From NCBI GenBank assembly GCA_950097015.1, contig CATNEN010000024.1, positions 5,766,001 to 5,830,000 on the forward strand: DNA of 64,000 bases, given 5' to 3'. The notes under the pieces were generated by a model that did no database searches, was not told the DNA's origin, and was given only the letters and a program-made list of their open reading frames with translations. Of the stretch, positions 45,094-55,616 are shown in pieces (positions within the stretch are counted from its first letter, which is position 1; the number at the start of each line of letters is the position of its first letter). Made by a program: the position numbers and the translations under genes. The stretch comes from Macrostomum hystrix. Lineage: Eukaryota; Animalia; Platyhelminthes.

Positions 45094-46377
45094 CTAACGA
45101 AGTACAGCAATCAGCGACTGGGCAGGTGCGCGGGCATCACGTCGTCGGAGCTTAGACAGTACCTCCAGTGTTTCGAGGAAGGCTTCCAGGTAGGGCACAT
45201 GCTGCAGATTGAACGATACTGAACAGATTGCGATTGCGACAACCATATCCTTAATGGAATTGCAACGAAGTACCGTACCGTTTACCGAAATGCCACGCCA
45301 ACTACTGTCCTCCCTTAGAATGTGAATAGGCAACTCAGTGTCGAAAAGTTTTTCGGGGTTAATTCTTAATCGACCGAGTAGCAAGCAAAGGCCGTTCATC
45401 AGAACAGTGTCGTCGTCATCACAATCATTGACATACAGCTTGCAGTACATGTATCGCTTCATCGTATCTCGCTTTTGCCACACATGCCGGAGTGCACCGC
45501 AAACATTCTGTTCGATATCCGCTTGTCGCTTCTTTCTCTTGGCCTTCTCCTCCCGGTCCAGTTCTCTTTCGCGTTTCTTTATTCGTTCTTTCCATGCAGT
45601 CCGGTCCGCCACCATCTTCTCGAGGTCTAGCTCGTCTATCTTCGCCCCGCGGAGCATCTTCTTCCAATATGAGACGATCGTCTGCTTCCGTTTCTTGGCT
45701 TTTCGGATGCCTTCCAAGGTCTTATTCCAGCCTAGAATGCACGTCTTAGCTAGGTTCGAGTCGGGTAGGCGGAGCACGTGGCCCATACGCCTCCAGTGCG
45801 CTGCTTCAATTTTGTTGCTGATACTCTTGATGCCGAGTTCTGCGCGCACGTCCCACATATTGACTCCCTTCTCTTCCATTTCTATGAGCGGTGGTCTTGT
45901 CTTCGCGCTCCAGACGTATCTGTACTTTCTGTCCATTGTTTGCTGCATTCTCTTGACCTCGGATTTCTGGAAAGGTCTCGCTCCGGCGTTAAACAGCATG
46001 GTGCTTTCCACGCAGGCTTCGACAATGCGTGCTTGAGTGCGCTTGCTCAGCCGTGTGCGCCGGAGCATGTTCTTTGTTCCGTGCCATGCTTTGGCTGCTC
46101 GTTTCAGTCTTTGCGTCATATCCTGCTTCCTTCCCAGCCAGGTCCCGAGCATCCGGATGTTTCCGCTCTCCTCGGTGCCTAGCGTAGCTCTTTCTTCTTT
46201 ATCGTCGTTTGTCCTTTCTTCAAGGTCTGCCATGGTCTCGATGATGACCCTTGTTCCCTGGTTGACCTCGGCTGCGGTCCCGATTTGGTGGTGTCGTCGG
46301 CGAACAATGAGCTCGTGATCTTGATCTCGTGAACAAGCGTTACCTTCACTTAAGATGCATTTTAAGCCATTGCACAT
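45094..46377 (-). CDS. Chimeric ORF: transposon accessory protein with an in-frame LINE RT-thumb insert
   Basis: The C-terminus (LPIHILRED...GISVNG...AIAICSVSFNLQHVPYLEAFLETLEVLSKLRRR) resembles CMC/EnSpm accessory-protein C-termini and the ORF at 53295. The middle of the ORF is LINE-derived. Confidence 0.55.
   Translation of the reverse strand: MCNGLKCILSEGNACSRDQDHELIVRRRHHQIGTAAEVNQGTRVIIETMADLEERTNDDKEERATLGTEESGNIRMLGTWLGRKQDMTQRLKRAAKAWHGTKNMLRRTRLSKRTQARIVEACVESTMLFNAGARPFQKSEVKRMQQTMDRKYRYVWSAKTRPPLIEMEEKGVNMWDVRAELGIKSISNKIEAAHWRRMGHVLRLPDSNLAKTCILGWNKTLEGIRKAKKRKQTIVSYWKKMLRGAKIDELDLEKMVADRTAWKERIKKRERELDREEKAKRKKRQADIEQNVCGALRHVWQKRDTMKRYMYCKLYVNDCDDDDTVLMNGLCLLLGRLRINPEKLFDTELPIHILREDSSWRGISVNGTVLRCNSIKDMVVAIAICSVSFNLQHVPYLEAFLETLEVLSKLRRRDARAPAQSLIAVLR
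45472..46323 (-). mobile_element. RTE-like non-LTR retrotransposon fragment (post-RT region)
   Basis: IRMLGTWL...RLKRAAKAW...ACVESTMLF...RRMGHVLRLPDSNLAK..ILGW...YW...VADRTAWK. Flanked by ATCTCG at 45466-45471 and 46324-46329. Confidence 0.75.
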
Positions 46378-47577
46378 AACATTTATGTGCTACTGTATGT
46401 GTGAGAGGTGCGAAGTAAAAACATATTTCGGACCCTAGGGTCCGTTTTGACAAAACGGACCCCACACGGACCCTTATGATTTACAGTGTAGCTAAAAGAA
46501 CAGTCCCTTTGGGGTAACAATCAGAAACCGCTACGCGGGTTACTTATCTGAGTACCGGTCGCGTGCCGCAGGTCTGTCGTTCTCGAGGGAGGGCAGGGCA
46601 AAATAGCAAAGGCAGAGAAGGGAAAAATCTAATTTTGAGCTGGCAGGGGCCAACGCACCAGTGGAGCTCTGAGGCTCAATTTGAGGGCTCACCTAAAGAG
46701 GTGGCTTGCACTGTTAGGGAATTAGGCGCAGGCAATGGGCCTGTGAGCGCCTATGCTGAGCTCTTGAGCTCGAGGGTATATGCCCTAAGTGGTAGAGGTG
46801 AGTCCGGAGGGTCCAAACGGGGTCGGAACGGAGGTCCGGGAGGTAGGTGGAAGGTTCCGGGGGTCCTAGGGGGAGCAGCGCAGCGCGCTTTCTTAAATAG
46901 TCCTGCTGCACGCCAACCTCGACATTCATCAAAATAACCCACATTCGCGCCAGCCTGTCATCGAGGAATCGAAGCGGCGATGGCCACCCCGATTACCCAA
47001 TGAACCGGCGGCGAGAAACGACAGATGCTCCTTTACGAGCAGCCGCTGGCTGTCGGCCAATAATTGTTACTCCGCCAGGACAATGGGAAGCGCAGGCGCC
47101 GACCTGCCTACAGTGACATTTACATGTATCTAAGAGAGGAGGTCATAAAGTCGAGCTGGGCTCGAATACTGTAAAGAAGTGGGGACATGAAGAATTAATG
47201 ATCACTCATAATGCCCGAGTGATTCCCAATATCTGATCGCGGTTTGGAGGGGAATTATGACCTAAACTAGCTCATACAATAAAGTTATGGCCGCGATCAG
47301 TCATTCCTACAGGGGGCTAAAACAGATCCAGGGAGAGGGGATTCGACGGCTACTTAATTCACCGCCGCCCCAAACCCGGCCCTAAGATTAATGATCTTGT
47401 TTGTGGCCAGCTGCTAGGTGGGTCGCGATTATTGACTGCCTAAAAATTTGAAAAATTCCGCTGGCTCACATTCCCACTCGATTCCCGCAGCACACTCCAC
47501 ATCAGTGTTTTCAACATATTTTCTATGCAGAAAATTCGGACCTTAAGGCCCAAAGGTCCGAATTGCCAAATACGGAC

Positions 47578-47786
47578 TGTAAGACTTGCGTACTTGTACT
47601 TCGCCCCGCATTGCGTCAGCTTGCTCCAGCCAATCAATACCTCTTACGTCTTGTGCGCGCACTCAGCACTTTCAACTCTCACCTGTCGTACCCCCACCCC
47701 AATTATCGATCCATTAAATATATATTGTCGCCCGCGGGGCAGCGCTCAGTTGAGCATATTTTCGACCACAAATCATAGACTCTACA
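47578..47786 (+). repeat. 5' LTR
   Basis: TGTAAGAC...CTCTACA, matching 52104-52312. Confidence 0.95.
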
Positions 47787-47804
47787 GTGGCATCGCAAGC
47801 AGTC

Positions 47805-48786
47805 ATGTCTGTGCCCCTACACCTGCCCCCACCTGAGCCTTTCGATACACAGAAAGAGCCACACAATCTCGCGGCGCGGTGGGCAGAATGGGCCAGCCGG
47901 TTCAAGTGCTTTGTGACAGCCAGCGGCATTTCAAACACGCAACAGCAACGCGAAATTCTGCTATACGTCGGCGGTAAACAGCTTTACGAAGCCTACGCAG
48001 AGCTGACCACACCAGGCGAGTCACTCGACGATCTCCTAAAGGCCTTCAAAGGGCACTTCAGCAGCAGGCACAACCCCGTGTTCGTGCGGTACGAGTTCCG
48101 GTTCTGCACCCAACAGCAGGGCGAGTCCATCAACGCTTGGGTGCAGCGGCTGTACAAGGCAGCGGAGGGCTGCGATTTCCAGACCCAGCGCGACCCCATC
48201 ATCAGGGACCAGATCGTTGCCGGCTGCCAATCAGACCAGCTGCGCCGCAGGCTGCTGCAGACACCGAACATCGGCCTCCAGGACGCCCTGCAGCAGGCCA
48301 GAGCCTTCGAATCGGCGGACCTCCAGTCAGCGGCTATCGAAGCCCGCAAGTCCGACTCTGTGAATGCGGTTCGGCGAATCGAGAGGCCAGCGAGATTGGA
48401 GCAGCCCAGAAACAGCAAATGCATCCGCTGTGGCGAGCCGGGCCACAGAACTTGCGAGGCGGCCCGCGGAAAGACTTGCCGGAGCTGCAACAAAGTTGGG
48501 CACCTAGCGAAGGCCTGTCTGTCCAAACCGTCCGGCTCGAGGAGGGTGCACACCATCACCGAGGAGCAGCAGCCCGAACAGCAGGGACCCGATGACAGTG
48601 ACAGTAGCTGCGAGGTCTTCAGCCTCTCCCCTCTGAGAAAGAGGCTGCCGCTCGTGAAAGCCGACATCAACGGTCGTGCCACAGACCTGCTTATTGACAG
48701 CGGCGCGACCTGCAACCTCATGGACGTCAGGACCTTCAAGGCCGTCGAGGGCAGCGCGGCCCAGCTTGTTGAGTCCCAAAAAAAAA
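47805..48786 (+). CDS. Gag with two CCHC knuckles and the N-terminal half of the aspartic protease
   Basis: PPPEPF...W.EW..RF, CIRCGEPGH..C..RGKTCRSCNKVGHLAKAC, LIDSGATCN. The frame shifts at the A9 run at 48778-48786. Confidence 0.9.
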
Positions 48787-51700
48787 GTATTCCCGTTCGG
48801 CTCCAGCAAGCCGCTGACGACATTGGGCAAGGCCACCTTGCAAACGACCGTCTACGACGCCAGCGCCCGCATCAGCTACATCATCGTGAAGGAAAGCGGC
48901 ACCACGATCATCGGCCGCCAGACCAGCGAGGGACTCGGCATTCTGCGCATCGGGCCAAGCCAACCGACGGTCTGCCAGCTGACGGAAGCCAACAAGCTGC
49001 CGAAGTCTCTCAACACAGCCCTGGAGGCAGCAGCAGCCGAGGCGAACGACCGGACGCTACCAGAACAGGAGCGCCTAGCCAACATCCTCCGGGCACACCG
49101 CCAACGTTTCGAGGGCATCGGCTGTGTCAAGGACGTCGAGGTCAGCATCCACCTACGCGAAGAAGCCGCGCCTGTCTGCCACCCACCCAGCCGAGTCCCG
49201 GTGCACCTGCGGGAGGCAGCGCAGCGCGAGCTGGACGAACAGCTTGCGGCCGGCATCATCGAGCGAGTGAAGGGACCGTCCGACTGGGTGGCCCGCATGG
49301 TGGTAGTCCCGAAGTCGCAGCCGGGCCAAGTGCGCATCACCCAGGACCTGCGAGATGTCAACAAGTTCGTGGTGCCCGAGAAGCAGCCCATCCCGACATT
49401 CGAGGAGGTCACAGACGAAATGGCAGGCGCTCGCTACTTCTCGGAGCTCGACATCAACAAGGCCTTCCATCAGATCCGTGTCCGGGAGGAATCGCGCCAC
49501 TTGCTGACGTTCTCCACGCCAAAGGGCCTCATGCGACTGACGCGCCTGTGCATGGGCTTCACGTCAGCGTCGGAGATCCTGCAGAGGGTCATGACCACCG
49601 TGCTCGGCGGCCTGTCCGGCGTCCGCTGGGTGCACGATGACATCATCATCTACGCCAGAAACATCAAGGACCACAACCAGCAACTGGCGGCAACTCTGCA
49701 GCGGCTGGAGTCCTACAACGTCACCCTCAACCCGGCGAAGTGCAGATTCGCGGTCAGGGAGGCGACTTTTCTCGCCATGCGCCTCTCTGAGAAGGGCATC
49801 CAGCCAACTGAGGACAAGGTGAGCGCGGTCCAGTCGTTTAGGGCACCGAAGAACGCGTCCGAGGTGAGATCATTCCTAGGCCTCGTTGCCTTTGTCAGCC
49901 GCTTTATCCCAGCACTCGCAGACATTGCCAAGCCTCTCAGAAACCTGACCAGAAGGGAGGCCGCCTGGACCTGGGGAGCGGCGGAAGACGCTGCCTTCAA
50001 CGCCGTCAAGAGCTCCATCGCTGCCAGCAGCACTTTAGCGTTCTTCGACAAGCAGAAGCCGACAGAAGTGATCGTGGACGCCAGCCCGACCGGCCTCGGG
50101 GCAATCCTTAGCCAGCAACAACCAGACGGCAGCCTGAGACCAATCGCCTACGCCAGCCGCGCCCTGACGGCCGTAGAGGCGCGCTACTCGCAGACTGAGC
50201 GGGAGGCCCTCGCGGTTAAATTCGGCTGCCTCCGCTTCCGCCACTACCTCAGCGGCTCACCCGGCTTCCGAGTCGTCACCGATCACAAGCCGCTGGTGCA
50301 CCTCTTCAAGCCAAATTCCCGGCCGCCTCCGAGGATCGAAAGAATGGCACTGAGCATCCAGGACCTGGTGTTCGAGACAACATACAGGCCAGGCCCGTCC
50401 AACCCCAGCGATGTCCTGAGCCGGCAACCAAGCGGGCCCTCAGCAGTCGCTGCAGTCGGTGAGTCCAGGGACACTAACTTCATTAACAGCATCGCCGAAG
50501 CCGCCACCCCGAAGGGACTCTCGCTGCAGCAGATCAAGGAGGCGACGTCAAGAGACGAAGCGCTGCGGGCAGCCATCGCGGCCCTCCGCGATGGCGACTG
50601 GGACCTTCGAGACGCAACGCTGCGGTCCCTGCATGCGCTGAAGCAGGAGCTGTCCGTAACCGACGGGGTCTTGCTACGAGGACACCGGATTGTCGTCCCC
50701 GAGGCTCTACGACAGGCAGTGCTGCGCCTAGCGCACCAAGGACACCAGGGAGACAAGAAGACACAGGCCAGACTGTCCGCGAAGGTCTGGTGGCCAGGCA
50801 TCGTTGGAGAAGCGCGGCGCATGTGCGACACCTGTCTGCCGTGCCAAGCAGCGAGCCATCGAGCGGCAGTCCCGGCGGCTCCGCTGCAGGCCACGCCGCT
50901 GCCGCCGTATGCCTGGCACACTCTGGGCATCGACTTCACCGGACCGGTGCAAAACCGGCACCTGCTGGTCATTGTGGACCACTTCTCCCGGTATCCAATC
51001 GTCATCAGCATGTCGTCCATGACTGCTGAGGCCGTCACCAAGCAGCTGCGAAAACTTTTCGCCACGTTCGGCAGGCCGACCCAGCTCGTGTCCGACAACG
51101 GGCCGCCGTTCAGTTCGCAAGCGTTCCGCGACTACCTCGGCAGCAACGGCATCCAGCAGCGTCTCGTCACACCGTACCACCCGGCGGCGAACGGCGTCAC
51201 GGAACGCGTCAACCGATCAATCAACAAGACCGTCAGGATCGCCAACATCGAGTCAACAGACTGGCGGGAGGCTCTGGAGGACTGGCTAGAAGCCTACCGC
51301 AACACCCCGCATTCGAGCACGGGGTCGACGCCAGCCGAGCTCATGTTCCAGCGGCAGGTCCAGGACGTCATCCCCAGCGTGCAACAGCGACGCCAGCAGC
51401 CGCGCAACCTGGCGTCCATCAGGGCCCGCGACAACGAGGCCAAGCAGCGGATGGCCCGGTACGCCGACGACCGCCGAAGGGCCGCAAGCCACGACATTAG
51501 ATCTGGCGACTCGGTGCTACGCAGGCGGAGACCAGCGGCCAAGACAAAGACACCGTTCGAGCCGGAGCCCTGGACCATCGACGAGGTAAAGGGCGACTCC
51601 CTGGTGCTGAGCAGAGGGCGCCAGACCTGCATGCGTCACATCACGGACCTCAAACACCTGCCCACAATCGACCAGCCACCGACGCCACCGCCACCAGGCG

Positions 51701-51879
51701 GGTCAGCGCCACCAATGGAGCCACCAGCGGCAGCGGCGCCAGCAGCGCCACCAGAGGCGCCTACAGCGCTGCTACCGGCGCCACCCCTGGCGCAGCCACG
51801 GACAGCGGGAGGCCGTGCATCGCCGCCGAACGTCTCGAGGTGCCCACTGCCGCGCGCGTGTAAAATCAGTCGACTGTGA
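48787..51879 (+). CDS. Pol: protease C-half, RT, RNase H, integrase
   Basis: ELDINKAFHQ, VHDDIII, IVDASPTGLGA, TDHKPL, HQGHQG...C..C, GIDFTGP, VSDNGPPF, ANGVTER. Confidence 0.95.
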   Translation, partial: VFPFGSSKPLTTLGKATLQTTVYDASARISYIIVKESGTTIIGRQTSEGLGILRIGPSQPTVCQLTEANKLPKSLNTALEAAAAEANDRTLPEQERLANILRAHRQRFEGIGCVKDVEVSIHLREEAAPVCHPPSRVPVHLREAAQRELDEQLAAGIIERVKGPSDWVARMVVVPKSQPGQVRITQDLRDVNKFVVPEKQPIPTFEEVTDEMAGARYFSELDINKAFHQIRVREESRHLLTFSTPKGLMRLTRLCMGFTSASEILQRVMTTVLGGLSGVRWVHDDIIIYARNIKDHNQQLAATLQRLESYNVTLNPAKCRFAVREATFLAMRLSEKGIQPTEDKVSAVQSFRAPKNASEVRSFLGLVAFVSRFIPALADIAKPLRNLTRREAAWTWGAAEDAAFNAVKSSIAASSTLAFFDKQKPTEVIVDASPTGLGAILSQQQPDGSLRPIAYASRALTAVEARYSQTEREALAVKFGCLRFRHYLSGSPGFRVVTDHKPLVHLFKPNSRPPPRIERMALSIQDLVFETTYRPGPSNPSDVLSRQPSGPSAVAAVGESRDTNFINSIAEAATPKGLSLQQIKEATSRDEALRAAIAALRDGDWDLRDATLRSLHALKQELSVTDGVLLRGHRIVVPEALRQAVLRLAHQGHQGDKKTQARLSAKVWWPGIVGEARRMCDTCLPCQAASHRAAVPAAPLQATPLPPYAWHTLGIDFTGPVQNRHLLVIVDHFSRYPIVISMSSMTAEAVTKQLRKLFATFGRPTQLVSDNGPPFSSQAFRDYLGSNGIQQRLVTPYHPAANGVTERVNRSINKTVRIANIESTDWREALEDWLEAYRNTPHSSTGSTPAELMFQRQVQDVIPSVQQRRQQPRNLASIRARDNEAKQRMARYADDRRRAASHDIRSGDSVLRRRRPAAKTKTPFEPEPWTIDEVKGDSLVLSRGRQTCMRHITDLKHLPTIDQPPTPPPPGGSAPPMEPPAAAAPAAPPEAPTALLPAPPLAQPRTAGGRASPPNVSRCPLPRACKISRL

Positions 51880-52103
51880 CTCTTTTGCGGTACTCAAAAG
51901 AACGGTACTCAATATGCCGTTCTAATCACTACTTTCGCATCATCGTGAACAATACTTGTCATTCATTTGCCATGCCAACAATTTAATACTCACTTTTATT
52001 CCTTGTTAAGGGGTGGGAGCGCCTGTTTTACCTTATTCAAGTTTCGTCTTTGTGGCCACCCTGCTCGTGTTAATCTCCTATTTTAATTTCATTTTGGGAA
52101 GGA

Positions 52104-52312
52104 TGTAAGACTTGCGTACTTGTACTTCGCCCCGCATTGCGTCAGCTTGCTCCAGCCAATCAATACCTCTTACGTCTTGTGCGCGCACTCAGCACTTTCA
52201 ACTCTCACCTGTCGTACCCCCACCCCAATTATCGATCCATTAAATATATATTGTCGCCCGCGGGGCAGCGCTCAGTTGAGCATATTTTCGACCACAAATC
52301 ATAGACTCTACA
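52104..52312 (+). repeat. 3' LTR
   Basis: Matches the 5' LTR and is followed by the TSD CGGAC. Confidence 0.95.
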
Positions 52313-52345
52313 CGGACCTTCTCCGGAACTTTACAATTTACAGTG
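52313..52345 (-). mobile_element. Second CACTG-type terminus whose subterminal GGACC repeats (47530-47577) are split by the Gypsy insertion
   Basis: CGGACC...TTTACAGTG ending at 52345, similar to 46470-46488. Confidence 0.4.
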
Positions 52346-53294
52346 TATATACGGATGTTAAAACGTCCGTATTACTTGAACGTCCGTATTAACGTCCAGA
52401 AAACATCCACATTAACGTCCGAAAAACGTCCAAAAACATACGCAGCGTGGCTACGGATGTTGCATTACATTACGTTACATAACATTATGCATTGCATTAC
52501 ATAACATTACGGACTATAACATCCACAATTTTGGATGCTTTCAGAATGAAATGAAGAAAGCAAACTAATGCAAAACTGTTTCGCTTTTAGATTTTTTATT
52601 ATTCCAAAAATGCATATTAAGGGCTAATTGCTGTGTCATCAATCAATTGAAAGCAGAATATCTCGCCTTTGTGGCAATATATTACGAAATCACACAATTT
52701 TCAGCAATACGTGCAAAGCACAAATATAAAAAACAGCTTCCTGACCGAAAAAGAAACCAATTTAAAATTACAACAGAAAATTAGCATATTTAGATAGCTG
52801 GTGAAGCAAGTTTTGAAATGCAAAAAATGTATATTAATATTTGTGCGCAAATAAGTCATTATGCACCATAGGGGCAAGGCAGGCGGGGTAGATTTTTAGC
52901 ACGAATTTTTCTTCAAGAAATGTAAAAAAATTGAAATCCATATACCTATTTTCCCCATTTGATTGTGCACCTGTTATACACATTTGCATAATTATAAACA
53001 TGAAACATCAAATAAGAAACAACAATGAAAATGTATACATACATGGCAAAACCTTTTTTCATATGCATGCAAAATTTAATGTCATGGCAGCTTGTACTTG
53101 GACTTAACACTTTCCTAACCTCTTGATTACGCGCGTCGCACTTCTCTCACTGCCAATGCACACTGCACGCAACAGCCACTGCTTCTCTTCAGTCTGCGCG
53201 CCGCGCGGCTTTTCCGCGTGCCACGAAATCTCTGCGCAATGTCCAAGCATGTGAAAGCCGCAACAATTACAATACTTGCATGCAAATTAAGAAT

Positions 53295-53972
53295 TTATAA
53301 ACGAATATAATAAAAACCGGGAGATTGAATATGGAAACTGCAGCGGTAAAAGTTATAAAAAACGCCAATAAAAGTAGATGCGCTGCTACACTTGACAACA
53401 GTAGAGAAGTAAAAAATGCTCATAACACTTAACATGATCATGTCAATAACAGTCGCTGCCATATGGCGTGAAAAATATGTCCTACGACGCAACTTTGCCA
53501 GACCCTCAATTGCTTCGAGGAATGCTTCCAAGTGCGAAAAATGCAATAGTTTGAAGGCAATAAATGAGGTGATAAACACCACCACAGCTTCGGTAACATT
53601 TTCAAAAAACAATCGAGCCCCGTTGACAGAAACGCCGAGCCATTTTGCTTCTCTGGGTGTCTTTGCAAGTGTGGGAACTAGCTCGTCTTCATCCAGTTCA
53701 AAACCGTCATGAGGTTTAATTGTGACATTGCGACTGCAGAGCACTTGTTGACCATATTAATTGTATTTTAATGCAATTTTGCAGAAATGATTGGGATACA
53801 ACAGAAACAGATATTGGGGATAAAAATACATTGGCTGATCCAGGAAAAGCTCACGCTTTTGTATGCTGCAGTCAGAGTCTTCTATAAATAACAAAGCTGT
53901 TACTTCTAGAAGTCTCTGGCTGCAGTAAACAAGTTTGTGCACTCCCTCTGCCCCTAAAAATGCCGGCCTCAA
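53295..53972 (-). pseudogene. Transposon accessory-gene remnant paralogous to the C-terminus of 45094-46377
   Basis: LGVSVNGARLFFENVTEAVVVFITSFIAFKLLHFSHLEAFLEAIEGLAKLRRR compared with RGISVNGTVLRCNSIKDMVVAIAICSVSFNLQHVPYLEAFLETLEVLSKLRRR. Confidence 0.5.
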
Positions 53973-54404
53973 CTTGCAGGGAAAACAGTAGTCATCGCTG
54001 TGCCTTGCGGGTCCATGCAGTTGTTATTTCTAGAAGTCTCTGACCCCAATGTACATTGCGAGAGATCGTAGTTAAAACCTAAGATTATTTATAGAGAACT
54101 AGATTGCCAAACCCCACACCCCTGCTGACAGAAGTCGGCAGCCCTTCTGCTGGTTGCATAACCTGGGGCAGAAGCATGCGGCAGCCAAGGGTTGCAGTTC
54201 GATGGCGCACTAGAGCCCGGTACGCGGCACTGAAAACATAAAACAGCCATGGATACAGCTAAGTAATTCAGTATATGCAATCTCAGTGGCGTAGCTAAAG
54301 TGGGGGATAAGGGGATATATTCCCAAAGCTCAGAAACTTTTTATTCGAGAAAAATCGAGAGAGAAAATAAGGTTAATATAAATTCAATACATTTTAAAAT
54401 GTCA

Positions 54405-54585
54405 GGGGGAGAGAGGAGAGAGTACTGTGGCTCTCAGCCATAAAAAATTAAGCTAAATTGAACAGCCGGGGGGAGAGAGGAGAGAGTACTGTGGCTCTCA
54501 GCCACAAAAAATTAAGCTAAATCGAACAGGCAGGGGGAGAGAGGAGAGAGTACTGTAGCTCTAAGCCACAACAAATTAAGCTAAG
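54405..54585. repeat. 64-bp tandem repeat x3
   Basis: AGTACT recurs at 54421, 54485 and 54549 within GGGGGAGAGAGGAGAGAGTACTGTGGCTCTCAGCCA...AAATTAAGCTAA units. Confidence 0.85.
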
Positions 54586-55616
54586 GTGATGAATTTGTGT
54601 TTGGGTTAGTGGGTTAAGAATGGGAGCCTTGGCCCCCGGGTGGTCGGCTTTATTTGGTTGAGCTGAGTACAGATAATCTATGGGGAAAAAGGGAAGGCTA
54701 GTATTGCTTGGTGGAATAAGTGTGGTTTTTTATAGAAATAAAAGAAAGTTAGAGTCGTAACTAAGTCTCAAATAAAAGTTCATTAGAGAAGCTACAGTAC
54801 ATTAAGAGGGCGCGCGAAATAACAAACCAAGGAGAAGTAAATACAAGGCTTATTTTAGGCCTAAAAATGAAGCATCCTTGTCACTTATGTGTTATGTCAC
54901 TCCTTGTCACCTAATTCTAAAACAAACTATGTGGCCTAGGCCTTATCGAAGTCACTAATATCATTAGTCTTAGTCTTAATGTCAAAGCTTGGCACCTGAA
55001 GAAAGCTTGCCCTTTTATATTTATTTCTAGATATAGCTAATCTAGCTAAATAGTCGCATTTTAGGCAATAGCTAGATAAATAAAGATATAGTCCTTTTTA
55101 AATGAATCTTAGTTTAGATATCACTAATAAAAGGACATTAAAAAGTTGGACTCAAAGTAAAAATAAAAATTTTGATCGTGACAGGCTGACAGCAATATAT
55201 ATATATATATTGCTGTCACTATATAGATCTATTCCTTAATAGGTATTTAAATAAATAAAAAATGTTTTTGGTGAGTATCTTTAAGACAAAAGTGGGTCAT
55301 TGTAAGGCAATATTTAAGGCATTGTGCTTTTCATACTCACATAATATTTTAAGTTTATTATTATGCTCACTTTGATAATGAGGCTGGGCTTTTTGTAGTA
55401 GTTTAGACTCTTGATTGATTTGAAATATATAAACTTTTTACAATAGTATGAGTATGTAGGCCTTACTATATTTTGGCTATATTCATAGAGCAAGTAGACA
55501 CTATACGCTCGTATATATACGAGCTATATATATAAAGTTATTTACCATAGCTAGCTAGTCATGTATTCCTTTTAACTATCACCTTTTATCACTTTAAACT
55601 ATCTATTTTGCATCAG

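Larger units (their letters stand above)
43861..46488 (-). mobile_element. CACTA/CMC-like DNA transposon remnant
   Basis: Terminus TTACAGTG (CACTG on minus) at 46481-46488 with GGACC/GGTCC subterminal repeats at 46430-46475. A matching GGACC/GGTCC cluster lies at 43870-44005. The left terminus is not clearly intact. Confidence 0.4.
47578..52312 (+). mobile_element. Gypsy/Ty3 (Mag-like) LTR retrotransposon, full length
   Basis: 209-bp LTRs (TG...CA) at 47578-47786 and 52104-52312 appear identical. 5-bp TSD CGGAC. PBS-like TGGCATCGC at 47788 and PPT GGGAAGGA at 52096-52103. Domain order gag-PR-RT-RH-INT. Confidence 0.97.

Noticed and set aside
45338-46318. Plus-strand ORFs of 232, 134 and 93 aa
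   Set aside because: They are antisense shadows of the LINE-derived coding segment.
48778-48786. Programmed gag-pol ribosomal frameshift
   Set aside because: The shift is +1 and falls inside the protease domain at a homopolymer. A single-base indel is the simpler explanation.
47993-51632. Many overlapping ORFs across the Gypsy element, including the 617-aa run-on of gag to 49640
   Set aside because: GC-rich shadow frames. The gag run-on past 48786 is out of frame with the protease and RT.
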